A DNA stretch of 64,000 nucleotides from Marsupella aquatica. Lineage: Eukaryota; Plantae; Marchantiophyta. The notes under the pieces were generated by a model. The model saw only the letters and a list, made by a program, of their open reading frames with translations. It was not told the DNA's origin and searched no databases. Positions 50,210 through 62,745 of this stretch are shown in pieces; position 1 is the first letter of the stretch, and every line of letters begins with the position of its first letter. Both the position numbers and the translations under genes were made by a program. Location: the NCBI GenBank assembly GCA_973895155.1, contig OZ316891.1, positions 17,792,095 to 17,856,094 of the forward strand, given 5' to 3'.

Positions 50210-52619
50210 TCTCACCCACTCCTCTTTCCTTCTTTCCTTCTTTCTTCCCTTTCTCCGTTGGTGAGAAATTAGGCAATCACTCCGTCACTCCACTCCAATC
50301 CTGAGCACACTGTACTAGAGTGCTGTGGCGCTTTAGCTGGATTGCTGAAGGGCCACTCTAGCTAGTGCCTGAGTGAACTGCTCATCTCCATCCTCACATA
50401 GAGAGAGATCAGTCGATGGGCGCGTCACTCTCTGTCTCTCTCGTTCACTCCCACTTTCTATATACCAACAGTAAGAGTAAGCTGAAGGAATTGCACTGAA
50501 CGGAGCGGAATGGGATTGAATCGGCTGTGTCCACGGATATTTCTTGAGAAACCCAGAGAAGGGTTCAAAGATTTAGGGAGGAGGTGAGCGAGGGATTTAT
50601 TCTGGAACATATCTGCAATTCGATCGACGACCGACCCCTTGACATTCTCGAAACCATCCGCGAGAGACGGACAGACAAGTGTAACGCGTAGCCCAAAGGC
50701 AAGGAACAGAACGGAAGACCCCACCAAGAGGATGGATGGATGCACGGGTGGATGTGAGGCGGAAAGAAAATCCGGACAGGCATCGAACTACCAGATTCGA
50801 TTGAGAACCGCGAAAATGAAGAGAAAGGTAAAGTTTGAATTCGATTTGAGACGTCAGAGACCCTTGGTTGGCCAAAGGCAAAGGCAGGGCAGGGCAGCTT
50901 GATGCCTGGTAAGCAATCCAAGAAGGAAAGCTGATTTGCAAGAGAGAACTGCTAGTAGAGGCCAGGTTCTCAAGAAATAACATTAACAGGTTGCAGGTCC
51001 ATTTCAATCCGAGTTTTTTCTATGTGAGGCCAAGTAAGTTTGCGGTGGCAAGTCGATTATGAAAAAGGCATAGGTGTGTCTACGCTGCACCCGGGTATTC
51101 ACCTGATTTGCTTTGAATGAGTATTTTTCAATGGTCATTATTTCAGTTCTATTGTATCACACAAGAGTCCTTTCTCTGTATTTTTATCCATGTGAGATTG
51201 AATGGAAACCCTCCTAGAATTTTTAGATTTGTTTTTATCCTGGTGCCAAGTAACCCCTTTAAACTACTTTTAGTACATTTTTCCTTTCCACCAATATTTA
51301 CAGTTCAAAATGGACACAAGAGGAGCACACAAAGTCCCCCCTCAATAAAAGATGTCACAAAAAATGTGTGAGCAAAGATTTGATCCCTTTGATTTTTTGA
51401 CTCTTTACAACCATGCACACCACTCTGATACTCTAAAAGCTCACTAGAATTTCAAATAGGCATTAGTCCCCAATTTAATCACTTGTTAGCCTGACCACTT
51501 GAGACTTCTGCAGGCCCGTGATTGCATCCTGAAATTTTCAGTCACCCCGGAGTCATGGTCTAGAGTCTTCACTCTAGAGTGTGGCTCTTGATCACAAATC
51601 ATTAGTTAGATATGTACACACACAATTGCATTACTTCTAGAGATAAAGCTCCTCTTGCTTTCCCACTTATACGTTACTTAATGAACTGAGAGGAGGAATA
51701 CTTGACAATCCCTAGTGCAAGCTCAATACAATTGGCCCCTTGTAAGACTCCCTTGAATGTCCCTATTCAAGCTCAACAAGGGAAGATATATGGGTCCAAC
51801 TTATCCAAGGTTCTCATGCAGAAGAGGTGCAAATCAGAGTAAACAAAACAACAAGTAATCTACTCACTTTAATATACAATCCCACCTTTTTTACTTGTGG
51901 TCTGCTTACAAAATGCACTTTTGGAGGGAACTCGTTATGACCCTTGGATTTAAAACCTAAATATTATTGACTGTCCATGAGATCCAGTGAAAGGAAGAAT
52001 AAAGACAATGTCCTAGCTTGGGGCACAGATGGGTTTCCACCCACGCCTAGACTATGGCACTAACATTCATAAAACAATTCAAATATCAAGTTGATTGGAA
52101 ATTGAATGTGAGTTTACATGTGGCTATAATGGGTAGGTGGGTCTAACAAGAAAATACAAGTAGACCCCACCTTACTTTTGGACACGTGCTTGCCCCATTC
52201 AAGTTAAGTAAACTTATAGAAAAAGAACAATACAAATAATAGAGTTTTGAGTTGACAAGACATTATTTATAGGAAAGTGGAAAAAAGGCTATTGATGGGA
52301 GAACTAAATTTCTTATTTTTTTCTACTCTCTCAAGTATGAAGTATTTCTTTCAACTTACATTAACATTAAATCCTAAATTCTTTTTTGCAATAACCATCT
52401 TGACCAAGGACACAACGGCCCCAGACATAAAATGGCCACAACAATGAAATGGTCACAATGATAATTGATTGCAACAATGAAATAGTCGCAATAATAAAAT
52501 GGCTGCAATGACAATTGTGGGTGTGCAATGGGTTTATATATATAATCAAACATTCTAAAAAAGTTATCCTGCTTAAAAGCTTGCGTGCAATCAACTCATG
52601 ATCTTTTATTGCCTCAATA

Positions 52620-52743
52620 TCTTTTTCTCTACTTGACAGCTTTTATCACCTCAAAATCCTTTTATCACCTCGACGCCTTTTATCACCTCAACATCTTTTC
52701 ATCACCTCGACATTTTTTGTGCAACGCATGGGCATCGGGCTAG
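52620..52743 (+). mobile_element. Helitron 3' terminus preceded by short (ttttatcacctc) repeats
   Basis: tttgtgcaacgcatgggcatcgggCTAG|T resembles the plant Helitron end CCCGTGCAACGCACGGG-Nx-CTAG inserted before T. The 5' end was not located. Confidence 0.7.
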
Positions 52744-53431
52744 TGGGAAATTCTCCTTCATTCACGTAAATAGTTGCATACCAGTCCTTTTTGTGGCAAT
52801 TTTTGACATGTTCTTTAAAAAAATGAACCAAGATCCGCCTCACATCCACCCTCAAATCTCCTTTGAAACCCTGGTTGTTAGATTTGACGATGCAGATTAG
52901 ATGTGTTTCACAACTCTATATCATTTTTATCTAGCAGGCTCATCATTAAAGTAACTTCTTTATTTTGTCCTTTAGTAAACTAAAAGGACAATTATTTTAT
53001 CTTAATAAGGTGAATAAAAAAATTCATTAATCATATGTATGTACAATGGTGTTTCAGTACTGAGGAACTCATTTCCTAGCTCCCTCAAGAAGTTTGAACA
53101 AGGAGGGGGATCCCCATGTTTAGCCTTGGACAGGTCCAAGGGCGGTCCACATGTGTCCCTTGGCTAACCAAACAGGCACCCATCCTCAGTGAGTGGAGAA
53201 GAACAAATCAGACAATGCTTTGGGACAGCAGATCACAAGGATAATAGCAGGGGTTTAAGATGGTAAAGTATGTCCTTGGATGCTTAATCCAATTGTGATA
53301 TCCCAATAATTTTGGTGGAATCCATGGCTTTTCTGAGAATTTGTTATGGCAGTCTAATAAAACTTTGAATAGAACTTATTGGCAGGGCAATTTGTTTTGG
53401 TCTCCCACACTCTTTTTTTGTTATTATTTAC

Positions 53432-54399
53432 GAGATATATGCTTGATGGGACCCCTGCCAAAAGAAATTTTGGTGATAGGCCCTTACAAAAACTTTTGTT
53501 ACAAACTAGGCCCCCTCTCATACTGTTTGTGTCAGATGTTCTTGTAAAGTTCCTATAAGGAGTTGTAGCTTGATATTATCACAAAAAAGAGCTACTGTAA
53601 AGTTTAGAGTCAAACAATGTTGAATGATAAACTACACCGTTGGGAGAACCGTGGACGGCTGCCGCCGCGCGAATTGTGTGTTCCTAAGTGAAGAGAATAT
53701 GGTTCATGTCTTCAGGTTTGAATTTAGTCTTTAGGTTGCTTCATGAAACCTATGCATAGGTTTTGCATGATGTTTTGACTTTTCTTTTTGTTCTTTTGTC
53801 TAAGTATGCAATGAATCCTCTACTTTTGGCCATTGGTCCCTAGTGCAACATTTAAAAATTGCCCAAGTGTCTTCTCACATCTAGACCCCAAATTTGTCTA
53901 AGTATGGAAGGAATCAAGGATCTTTACTCTTGGTTGTTGTCCCTTGTTGCAACTTTCAAAACTTGTCTAAGTGTGAAACAAAGACACCATGGAGTCAATC
54001 ATAACGGGAAAATTTTGTTAGCCTGCAAGAACTAGACTAAATGTTTAAACTAAATGTTGTCCAAACCCACTATCCTGGAAAGGTGGATCCCTTAGAACTC
54101 TATAATCATGTGAAGAAATTATTTGTTATGTCTTCAAGCATAGACATACTCTATAATCATATGATTATAGAGTGCATGTGAAGACATAAGCTATTATGTC
54201 TTAAGTTCAAGCATACACGTATGCATGGTGGACTGCGAAGCAACGTGTGATGGATTGCGGTGGGAAATATACGGATGACCATGCATTTAGGCACCACATA
54301 GTAATCATGTGTACGGAACCAATGTAGGGGGCCTAGTTGGTTTAGTAAAAGCCTTTCACGTAAAAACATTTAGCTAGGGTCCCATCAAGCATATACCTC
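53432..54399. mobile_element. Non-autonomous Mutator-like element (MULE), 968 bp
   Basis: TIR gagatatatgcttgatgggaccc (53432) pairs with gggtcccatcaagcatatacctc (ends 54399). An inner pair is aactaggccccct/agggggcctagtt. A perfect 10-bp TSD TATTATTTAC lies at 53422-53431 and 54400-54409. Confidence 0.92.
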
Positions 54400-54899
54400 T
54401 ATTATTTACAGACCGCCATGGGAACCTTCTTTCCAAAATTACTGGCCACATCATCACATTCAGTCCCAGCATTTGTGTAGTGAATTGAGATTTCTTTGTT
54501 TTTTGGGATTTCCACAGGACTCCGTGTGGTTATCACTTCTGGTATTGTAGGTGATATTGTTGTGGTTGTTTTTCTTTGCCTTGGTTAGGTATCTTTAGAT
54601 CCCAAAGTACGTCCATGTTTTGCTCTTGGTGGTTGGTTCGTGGCTAGTTGTGTGGATTCTTGCAAGCGTGCAAGAGCATTTGTGGCAGGTATATGTGATC
54701 TTGTCACCTGCGCTATATCACTAAATGCATCTGGCATTTGCTCCATAGTTTTTGTCAATTGTAATATCCTACAGACTTCTTCTTTGCATTGTCATGTCCG
54801 TGGATCGTTCCAAATAGTGGATTGAGTTTGCCATCGCAACTCTAATTTACGAGGTCGTTCGAATTGTGGTTTCCCATCAATAGTTTGGGGAAAACATTC

Positions 54900-56650
54900 T
54901 TGTAAAAATGACAGTCAGGGAACCTTGCTTGAAAGACATCGGCAATTGATGGTTCTAAGTACCTGATTATGGATGGTGACTCGAAACCAACATATATGTT
55001 TTTCCGACGTTTAGGTCCCATTATGGGGACTAGTACTTGGCAGCCAAAAGTCTTGACATGTGATAAGTCAGGATCTACTCCAAAGGCTAGGTGGTGTCAA
55101 GTTCGGTTGTTGTACGCCGATGGGCGATACTTAAGTAAAGCTGTTGCATGTAGTACAACGTGACCCCAGGCAGTTGCATGTGGGTAACTACGTCTGCATA
55201 AGTATGGGTCTTGCTATCATCAGTATTCTCTTAATGATAGATTCAGCGATGCCATTTTGGAAATGGACATGATGTACAGGGTACTGAGTGTCTATCCCTA
55301 TAGCCATGCAATTTTTTTTGAATGTTTTTGAAGTGAATTCGTCTGCATTATCAACCCTAATCGTCTTGATATGGTTATTAGGGAATTGGGCTTTTAACTT
55401 TAAGATCTGTGCTAAAAGTCTTGGAAAAACCAAGTTTCGTGTGGAAAGCAAGCAACGTAACTTGCGACCATTTTGAGGATGCGTCAATAATGACTAGGAA
55501 AAATTGAAATGGTCTGCTTGGTGGTTCAAGAGGGCCACATACGTCTACATGCACTCGATCGTTCCAAGAATCTTAGCATTTCATGGATGGGCTTGGAGAC
55601 AGAAGGTCTAAGTATTAACTTTCTTTGATAACATGCCATGCGGGATGCCATGCAAGACTGATTATGATTTGTGGACGTGCATTTTGTGGTATTCTGTGGG
55701 TTACTCTCTTCATTTTTTGAAACATGGTCATTCCAGAGTGCCCAAACCTAGTATGCCAAAGGTCATACAGTGACATCTCATGTGTAGTGGAATGAAAAGC
55801 ATTCAATTGTGTGACATAGAAACCCAACGGATACGCGAAAAGTGTTTCTTTTATTTGCATTCCATCATAAATATTATGTAAAATGTGAATTACTTCTTGA
55901 TTCTTATCTGTGTTGGTGTGGATACGGTATCCGTTATCTCTAATGTCCTTGAAACTAATCAAGTTCCTCGTGACATTAGGTGCGTAGATAGCAGATTTAA
56001 TATGAATGGTGGTGCCCTGAGGTAATGTGATGCTCGTTTCATGTGGTCTTTGGCTATTAGGTTGGCTTTTATGTCCAGGGACCAAGATAGGTAATTCTCC
56101 CCTCAATGCTTAAGGGGAGGAAGTTTAAGTTTTCTATGGATGTCATTGTTCGGGTTCTAGGGTTGGGTCGAGGGTTGGTTCTTGAGTTTAGGTTTAGGGT
56201 TAGGGTTAGGTTTAGGTCTGGTATTGGTGATAATGTATGCAAGAATATAAGATAGTTTTGTTTGATGCTTGATGAGTTTTGTGCGCTTTGTTAGGTATTG
56301 CTCTTAGTCTTGTGACTCTTGAGCTAACCACAGTTAAGCTAACTCAAGTTAGTACTTAGGTTAGCGGTAGTGCTGTTGTGTATATAGCTAGGGCTGGTGC
56401 CAGTCCCTGGTGGATCTTCAGTTCATTGTTGGAGTTGGGCAAGAGAGAAGTAAAGGTCTCTTGCTTTCCCGTGGACGTAGCCTCGGTCATGAGGTGAACC
56501 ATGTACTCGCTGTGTCGACTACTTTGTATGGTGTTCACATGTGCATGGTGTCTCGGGATAGGGATTATCCCCAACACGCTTTGTTTAGTGATGGTTGTGG
56601 GTTCTGCATACATTCTGAAAGTCAAAAGTATATGATTTTTGCCTTTTCAT
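54900..56650 (-). pseudogene. Decayed copia gag-protease-integrase polyprotein
   Basis: CLLSTRNLVFPRLLAQILKLKAQFPNNHIKTIRVDNADEFTS...QNGIAESIIKR is a Bianca-type rve core. Multiple stops and frameshifts. Confidence 0.88.
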
Positions 56651-58387
56651 GTTTGGTTTTAGGGTTTCCCTTATTACTAAAAGGTTCTTTCTTGTTAACC
56701 TAAATGTGGTTTAGGTTTATGTTTAGGTTTAGTGCCACATGCAAGGTAGGTGTAAAGGAGGAGAAAATACGTTTAAAAGTTTGCACTTAAGTTTGGTTTT
56801 TCATGTGTGTATGGTTAACTGCACTAAGTTCTTTATATTTTCTATTTGCTTTGTGAAAATGTGCACTAATGCATGTTTTGCAGTTACCTCCTTTTGGTTA
56901 CTCTAACCCTCTATAAATGCACGGGTTCCTTTGTAAATGAAATTTCTCTTTGTTTCAGTTTGCAGTTACAGTTGGTTTGTGGTTATGTGCGCTTCCCCTG
57001 GTTAAGTGCACTTTTTTTGTATCTGGAAATTTCTTTGACGGATTTTGCGTTCAAAGAGGGTTGTGCACTCAGCATGTTTTCTCATTTTTTTTGATGTTTT
57101 GCTGGCTTTGTTGTGAGATTTGTTGAAGTTTCGTCCTGCACCCGTGCTCCTTTGATCAGGTGCGTCTCTCCTTGAGGTCTGTCACCACAGTTCTTGCTCC
57201 TCTTTCTTTAAGTCAATCAGATGAAGCAGAAAAGAAAAAAAGGATCTCCGGGTGAGCTCCTCCTGATTGTCTCTACCTCCTCTGATGTGCCAATATTGAT
57301 TTGCGTTTTTGCCTCTATATATGCTGCCCCTCTTGTTGCGTTTCTAATTTCCAATTAAATTTTCTCTTCTCCCCGCGTCCTTATGAATTCCTGTTTGCCA
57401 TTGTCTCTTGCTGCTTCTGCTTCTGGTGCTCCGATCAGTTGCTGTGAAATTCTATAGAGAGGTCTAGTCGCGAACTCTCAAAATTTTGTCTCAGACTCAG
57501 TCCGGGGATAGATGCCACGGTAAAATTTGTAACAATGGATCTCTGACCGCTAATTTTCTTTAGCCTGGTAGTCCTGCGTTCCTTGGGCTGTCGTCTCCAA
57601 AATATATATCTTTTACTGTTGCTGTTTTGGTGTTGTGGTTTGGTATGGCTCTTCTTTTCTCTTCTGTTCTTTTCGCTTAGCTTCTGTCCTTATGAGGTTG
57701 CCATTCTTCAGGCAGCATTCTTGGCAGCATTTCGTTGGCTCTATTTCGTGCTTCTTTAATTCATCGCTCATTCGCCTCTGGAATCTAGTGTGGGTCTCGA
57801 TGATTTTTGAGAGTAAAAATCTTCTCGTTCAAATCTCGTGGCTATAATAAGTTTCTTCTGGGAATTTCTGGCCTTCTCTCTACGTCTGCTGCTTCGATCT
57901 TTCTTCTCATTCATGTGCTTCATTTTTCAGTTTCTGCTTCTGCTCTCTTCGCTTCCACCCGGGTTTTCTATTTGTTTACACAGCATCGATCGTGGGTTGT
58001 CCTTATGAATTTCCTCGCGCGATCGGTTTTCCTTGGGATTTCTGTCTATCTTAGTAAGTAAGTCCATGCTCAGAAAAAGTTCACCATAAGTTCCTCTCGA
58101 TCGCCCTCATTTGATTCGCGAGTCACTCCTTCTCTGTGAAGCTGGAGTCGTGATCCCGATTGTCTTTATGGTAAAGCCTTTTTGTATCTCCTTATTGTTT
58201 CTTCATTCTTCGGGTGTCTCGAGAATTTATGGGTTCCTTCACATGTTCTCATGAATTCCCAATTGTTGTCCTTATGAGGTCGCTCTATTCTCTTCTCCAA
58301 ATCTTGATTTTTCTTCAGGGTTTCAGGTCTAAATCGCCATAGCCCTGCAGGATCAATTTTCCATAGCCTTGCTCAGCCGGTTGAGAA

Positions 58388-58399
58388 GTGCTGATAACG
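58388..58399 (-). promoter_or_regulatory. Primer binding site CGTTATCAGCAC (half-tRNA-Met type)
   Basis: The minus strand reads ...AACA-CGTTATCAGCAC, the PBS characteristic of Bianca copia elements. Confidence 0.75.
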
Positions 58400-58531
58400 T
58401 GTTCGATATGATCTCCAACTATCGGCCCAACTTCTCCTTGGGGTGTTATATAGATGAGGGTATAGATGAGGGTAAAGAGGTACAATGCGGGTTCCTAACC
58501 ATGGTTAAGACTTAACTATAGTATCTTAACA
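58400..58531 (-). repeat. 5' LTR of the copia element (~132 bp, TGTT...AACA)
   Basis: Inverted TGTT/AACA ends, a TATA-like ctatataa on the minus strand, and an immediately adjacent PBS. The far boundary is inferred from a single LTR copy. Confidence 0.65.
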
Positions 58532-59879
58532 TCATTTACATCAAACTATTCCCAAAATTATTTGTTTAATATATAAAATATAATAACACAGTTTTCATAT
58601 ACATCTTGAATAAGTTAAACTATGAAGGTATTAGAACAAGTATGATATAATCACAAAGTAGATCTTAAGTCATTTTAGTGTCACTTCTCAATTAGCATGC
58701 ATAGCATATACTGAAATATGGAATTCACAAATAAATTACATATGAATTCTCGACTGTTCCCTTTCTGTGGGGTTTTCACAGATTTCCCCTTAAGATATTA
58801 AATTAAAATAAATTAAAAAATTAAATTCATGAGATTGCACATAAGGGCACGCCTTAGCCGAGGTAGGCATATGTATAGCGTGGTACTGCAATCTGAAAAC
58901 ATGAACCAGATCACTATACCCAATTTACCTGTAGCTAGCCATGGTACCAACTAAATATGAACATCCTCATTGTTCTCAATTCTCCAAGTAGCCTACCTTG
59001 GTATGGATTAGCTTTACAACTAGTGGGCCTTCATTCTCTTCCACAAGGTCATTACATACTCCTTGGCTTACATGCCTTTGATGCCTCTTTTCAGGCAAAG
59101 TAACCAGTTGAGTGGATTGAATTACATCTTTGCACGGCCAAAGTTAGCCCAGGCTTCTCTCTTGAATCTCTAGCTAGACAGTGAAGTAAAAGAAACCAGG
59201 GAAGTTAGCCCAACATTCAATGGACTTAGTTTGAAGCATTTTGCAGAATTGCATGTCTATGCAAGCAGAGTGATAGTAGAGCACATGAAGAATAGCACAC
59301 TTAATTAATTAATCCGTGGACCCCCATGTTCATCCAAGGAATGTGTGCATGATGAAGTGAAATCAATTTTCAGCAAGGCAGTGATTGACAGTTTTGAGTC
59401 TCCCAATGGTGTTGGTGTGTACTTGTATAAAAGAAAACGCTCAAAAGATAGAGGAGATTTATCAAACAAAAGGTTGAATGTAGAGGAATTAAGTTTTTTG
59501 ACGGTTTTTGCTTACACATTATTGGAGAAATTGTGTTTTTACCATTCTTGATTGATAATTTGTGAGTTACATTGAACATTACCGCCACAAGACAGACTGG
59601 AGGACAACACTCAGCTGTTGGCAAAGAGCGCTTGTTGATTCGGTGGGAAGAACACATAAAATGAACGAGCCATCACTTCACACGAAGGATTTGTAGTTTT
59701 TTTTTATTTAAGAAAACTATGGTGTGAGGGGGAGACCAACAATTATTTCTTTGACATAGAGGTTGCATTTGGCGTCAACCTGTCTTCACAGTGAGCTTCA
59801 GTTGAAGACTAGAGGGATGCAAACAATTCAAGTCAGGAAGCAAGCATTGTGGACAAGCGATGACGATGTGATCAAAGAA

Positions 59880-60400
59880 ATCAATTTGCAACGGCTAAGT
59901 TTTTGACAATGACGAGATTGTGATATCTCTTAATCGAGAAAGGGTTTCCAATGAGCCTCAGATTGACAAATTTTGTAAAGTTCTAAATGAGTTTTTGAAT
60001 TTCTTTGCCTTTCCAATGAGTGTGAGTATAAGAAATTCTGATCATGAGTTCATGAATTCTTTTCGCTTTCCAACATTGAGTTCGACATTGTCAGATTTTG
60101 TCACGATACTAGAGAGATCATGAGGTTTTCAATCTCTTCAACTTTCTAATGTGTGACATTGAGACTATTTGTCAAGAATTAGAGAGATCATGAGTATCTG
60201 AAATTCTCTAGCTTTCCAATGAACCTAACATTGATAGATTTTGTCAAGTACTAAGGAGATGATGACTTTTTTTATTTTACTCTAGCTTTCCAATGAGAGG
60301 TCTAAGTATGTTTCTAAATCTTGATCTTGAGTTTTCCAATGAATCAAACATTGACAGATTTTATCAAGTATTAAGGAGATTGATTATTTAGTTTTACAAT
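59880..60400. repeat. Degenerate tandem array (~60-75-bp units)
   Basis: Recurrent tttccaatga...acattga.agattttgtcaag.a.ta..gagat.atga at ~59944, 60067, 60142, 60212 and 60332. Confidence 0.75.
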
Positions 60401-60549
60401 GTGAAGCCAAAGGGGTTTTAACTATGTACATTTCTATCAATTGGTTTTTTCAAACTTGCAAACAATTAAAAAATACAAGCATTTTGATATAAAACACTTA
60501 TACATTTTTGACAAACATCATAATGGTAACTTTATTTTACTAAATGACA

Positions 60550-60760
60550 TCTCTTCCTTTGTATTTTGGTTTTTTTACATTTAATATTTACGGCATGGCG
60601 CCCCAAAAATTACATTACTTTTGCCACAAACAGGAATGTGCATGTTTGTCATTGTTAAAAGTAGGATCATTCCTGTTTGTGGCTGGTTGTGATGATGTGG
60701 CGCAACCTCGTGGCAGAGAATTTGCAAGAGACTTCTCATGGGGGTCCGTAATTATGTGAG
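60550..60760 (+). repeat. Dispersed repeat, copy 2 (related to 12325-12535)
   Basis: Same ordered blocks as copy 1, ending in ggggtccgtaattatg. Confidence 0.7.
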
Positions 60761-62089
60761 CAAATTATGAAAAGTTTTGTGATGGCCTATAGAACATTTG
60801 TCGGTTAGTCCCCTGATCTTCACTCATTGTTAAAAAAAAATGGGCCTTTGTGCACATTTTTTATTTTGAGCAAAACATTAAAATAGCACTAACTCCCACA
60901 ATTCATGCAGACTGCCCCCAGGGGCTGTCTCTAGCAAAATGTGACTATGATAAATAAATACTGCAAGTTTAAGATGCCTTGTGCTGATAAACTGACATTT
61001 GAAGTGTACGTGGCATCTTTTTAGACTATGCTGACAGTTTTCATGTAATAGTTTTGTCATTGTTATTTGGTTTTGTGCATCTTTCAAAACACATAACTGA
61101 GGATTATATTTCAGGTTTTGTGCTTTAGGTGGCTTCTCTGTGCATAAAGAGCACAGTGCTATATAGATCTAGAATTTTAGCATATATCTTGGAGGTTTTT
61201 GTCACTTTACTCAGGTGCCATTAAGCTGTAAAAGTTTCTCTTTGCTGTCTCACAGCTTTTTTTATAACAAGAATGAAGTATCTACTGTTATTGACCTGGC
61301 TTCACTCTATGGATGAGAAGTTAAGCATTAAATTTAGGTCGGGTTAGTTCCGTGGGTTTTCCCTCTGCACAAATGATAGAATCTTTATTTTCATTGAATC
61401 TAGGATTGAGTATCACTGTTTTCTCTATTGGGAAGTCATTAAGCTTCAAATTTTAGGGACCTTAATTTAGTAGTTGAGTTTACAAAACAGAGAAATTATG
61501 TACCACCAAACTGATAATCCATAATTTTTTGCCATAAAGATTTTTTGCCATGACCATATGTCACTGCAGAGGCTAGTGGGAAAAAAATTACACAACCCTC
61601 TGAAAAATCTGTGGCAATTAGTTTATGGCCAAAAGCCATCATCCGCAACTTTAAAGATTTGAGATGCCCTATTAGTCACTGTTTGCATGATGTAAAGTTA
61701 GGAATTAAATTGAAGTTTTTTCATTGTACTTTTCTCTTTTGTCATTTACTTCAGGTTTCCAAGTTTCCACTCATTGCCCCTATCATTTGTTTGTTATTCA
61801 CTTTCTGTCGAAATTTTCAACTTCCAAAGCTGATTTTTTTCAAGCTTTCACTAAGCCTCCTGAATTTGTTCACTATTTGGATCACAATCAAAATATTTAA
61901 AAAGAGAGTCGTTTGGGGGGGGGGGGGGGCTTTTACCTTTTATGCGTGGATTCAGATTACAATAAGGTGACCACGCCCCAATAGTATACACTTCGGTGTA
62001 GAGTGTAGGGGGCCACAAGAGTTATTATTGGCTTCTACTTTAGAATAAAGGTGTTGGGATGCTTCTTAGGATTACTTGTGGAAACATCC

Positions 62090-62590
62090 CTCCCTTGAGG
62101 AATACTCATGTTCTTGGTCACAATTGGTTTTACATACATTCCCTTAACTTGTCAGGATTTTGGTTACCACGGCACTGTCCCTGCTGTTCCAAATAACAAG
62201 AGCGGGCAATTTCAAACTTTCCCACAATCTCACTACAATATACGAGGCAACCAGACTTATCCTTATGGGCCACTGTTTCACAATAGTGTGGGGATGTTTC
62301 TTAGAGAAGGAGAATCACTCGTGGAAACATGGCTCCCCTGAGGAATACTCATGTACTTGGTCACTTATCATTATTGGCCACTACTTCACAATAGTGTTGG
62401 GGTGTTTCTTAGAGAAGGAGAATCACTAGTGGAAACATGGCTTCCCTGAGGAATACTCATGTACTTAGTCACAATTGAGGTTGCATACATTCCCTTAACT
62501 TGTCAGAACTGTGGTCAGCACTGCACCGTTGCTGCAGTTCCAAATGAGCAAGGGCACTAGTTTCAGACTTTCTGACAATCTCACTAGTCT
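62090..62590. repeat. Nested direct repeats
   Basis: tgaggaatactcatgt.ctt.gtcac at ~62096, 62339 and 62447. A 140-bp block at 62093-62234 recurs at 62445-62585. tttcttagagaaggagaatcact occurs twice. Confidence 0.85.
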
Positions 62591-62599
62591 TCACGCTCG

Positions 62600-62745
62600 G
62601 ACCTTCTGCGTCAATGACATGAGGCCCAAAATCACTAATTATCAAGCGAATGCATTTGGTGAGTCCCTGTGACCCATTCATGTTTCTCAGAAGCATGATG
62701 GGTACATGAATCGTAAGATTCAACTTATGTGGACTAAGTATGGTA
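62600..62745 (-). pseudogene. Pif1-type helicase fragment (Helitron RepHel remnant)
   Basis: PHKLNLTIHVPIMLLRNMNGSQGLTKCIRLIISDFGPHVIDAE matches the Pif1 2B motif H.L.LK.G.P.MLLRN.....GLCNGTRL. Confidence 0.75.

Larger units (their letters stand above)
54470..58531 (-). mobile_element. Truncated Ty1/copia LTR retrotransposon, Bianca-like lineage
   Basis: 5' LTR and PBS at the right end, gag remnant ~56350-56650, protease/GAG-pre-integrase (YAPNVTRNLISFKDIRDNG, LWHTRFGH) 55615-56040 and integrase 54900-55560. RT/RNaseH and the 3' LTR are not seen. Confidence 0.88.

Noticed and set aside
50458-51007. Four overlapping ORFs upstream of OM47
   Set aside because: No domain signal. They are most likely 5' leader, intron or promoter sequence of OM47.
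56187-56218. Interstitial telomere-like (TTAGGG/TTTAGG) tract
   Set aside because: It is only ~5 imperfect units, inside the copia gag region where the minus strand encodes a low-complexity PKPNPNPKP stretch.
59040-59550. Possible hAT/ZNF862-like transposase remnant
   Set aside because: I found no diagnostic motif and the resemblance is too vague to support.
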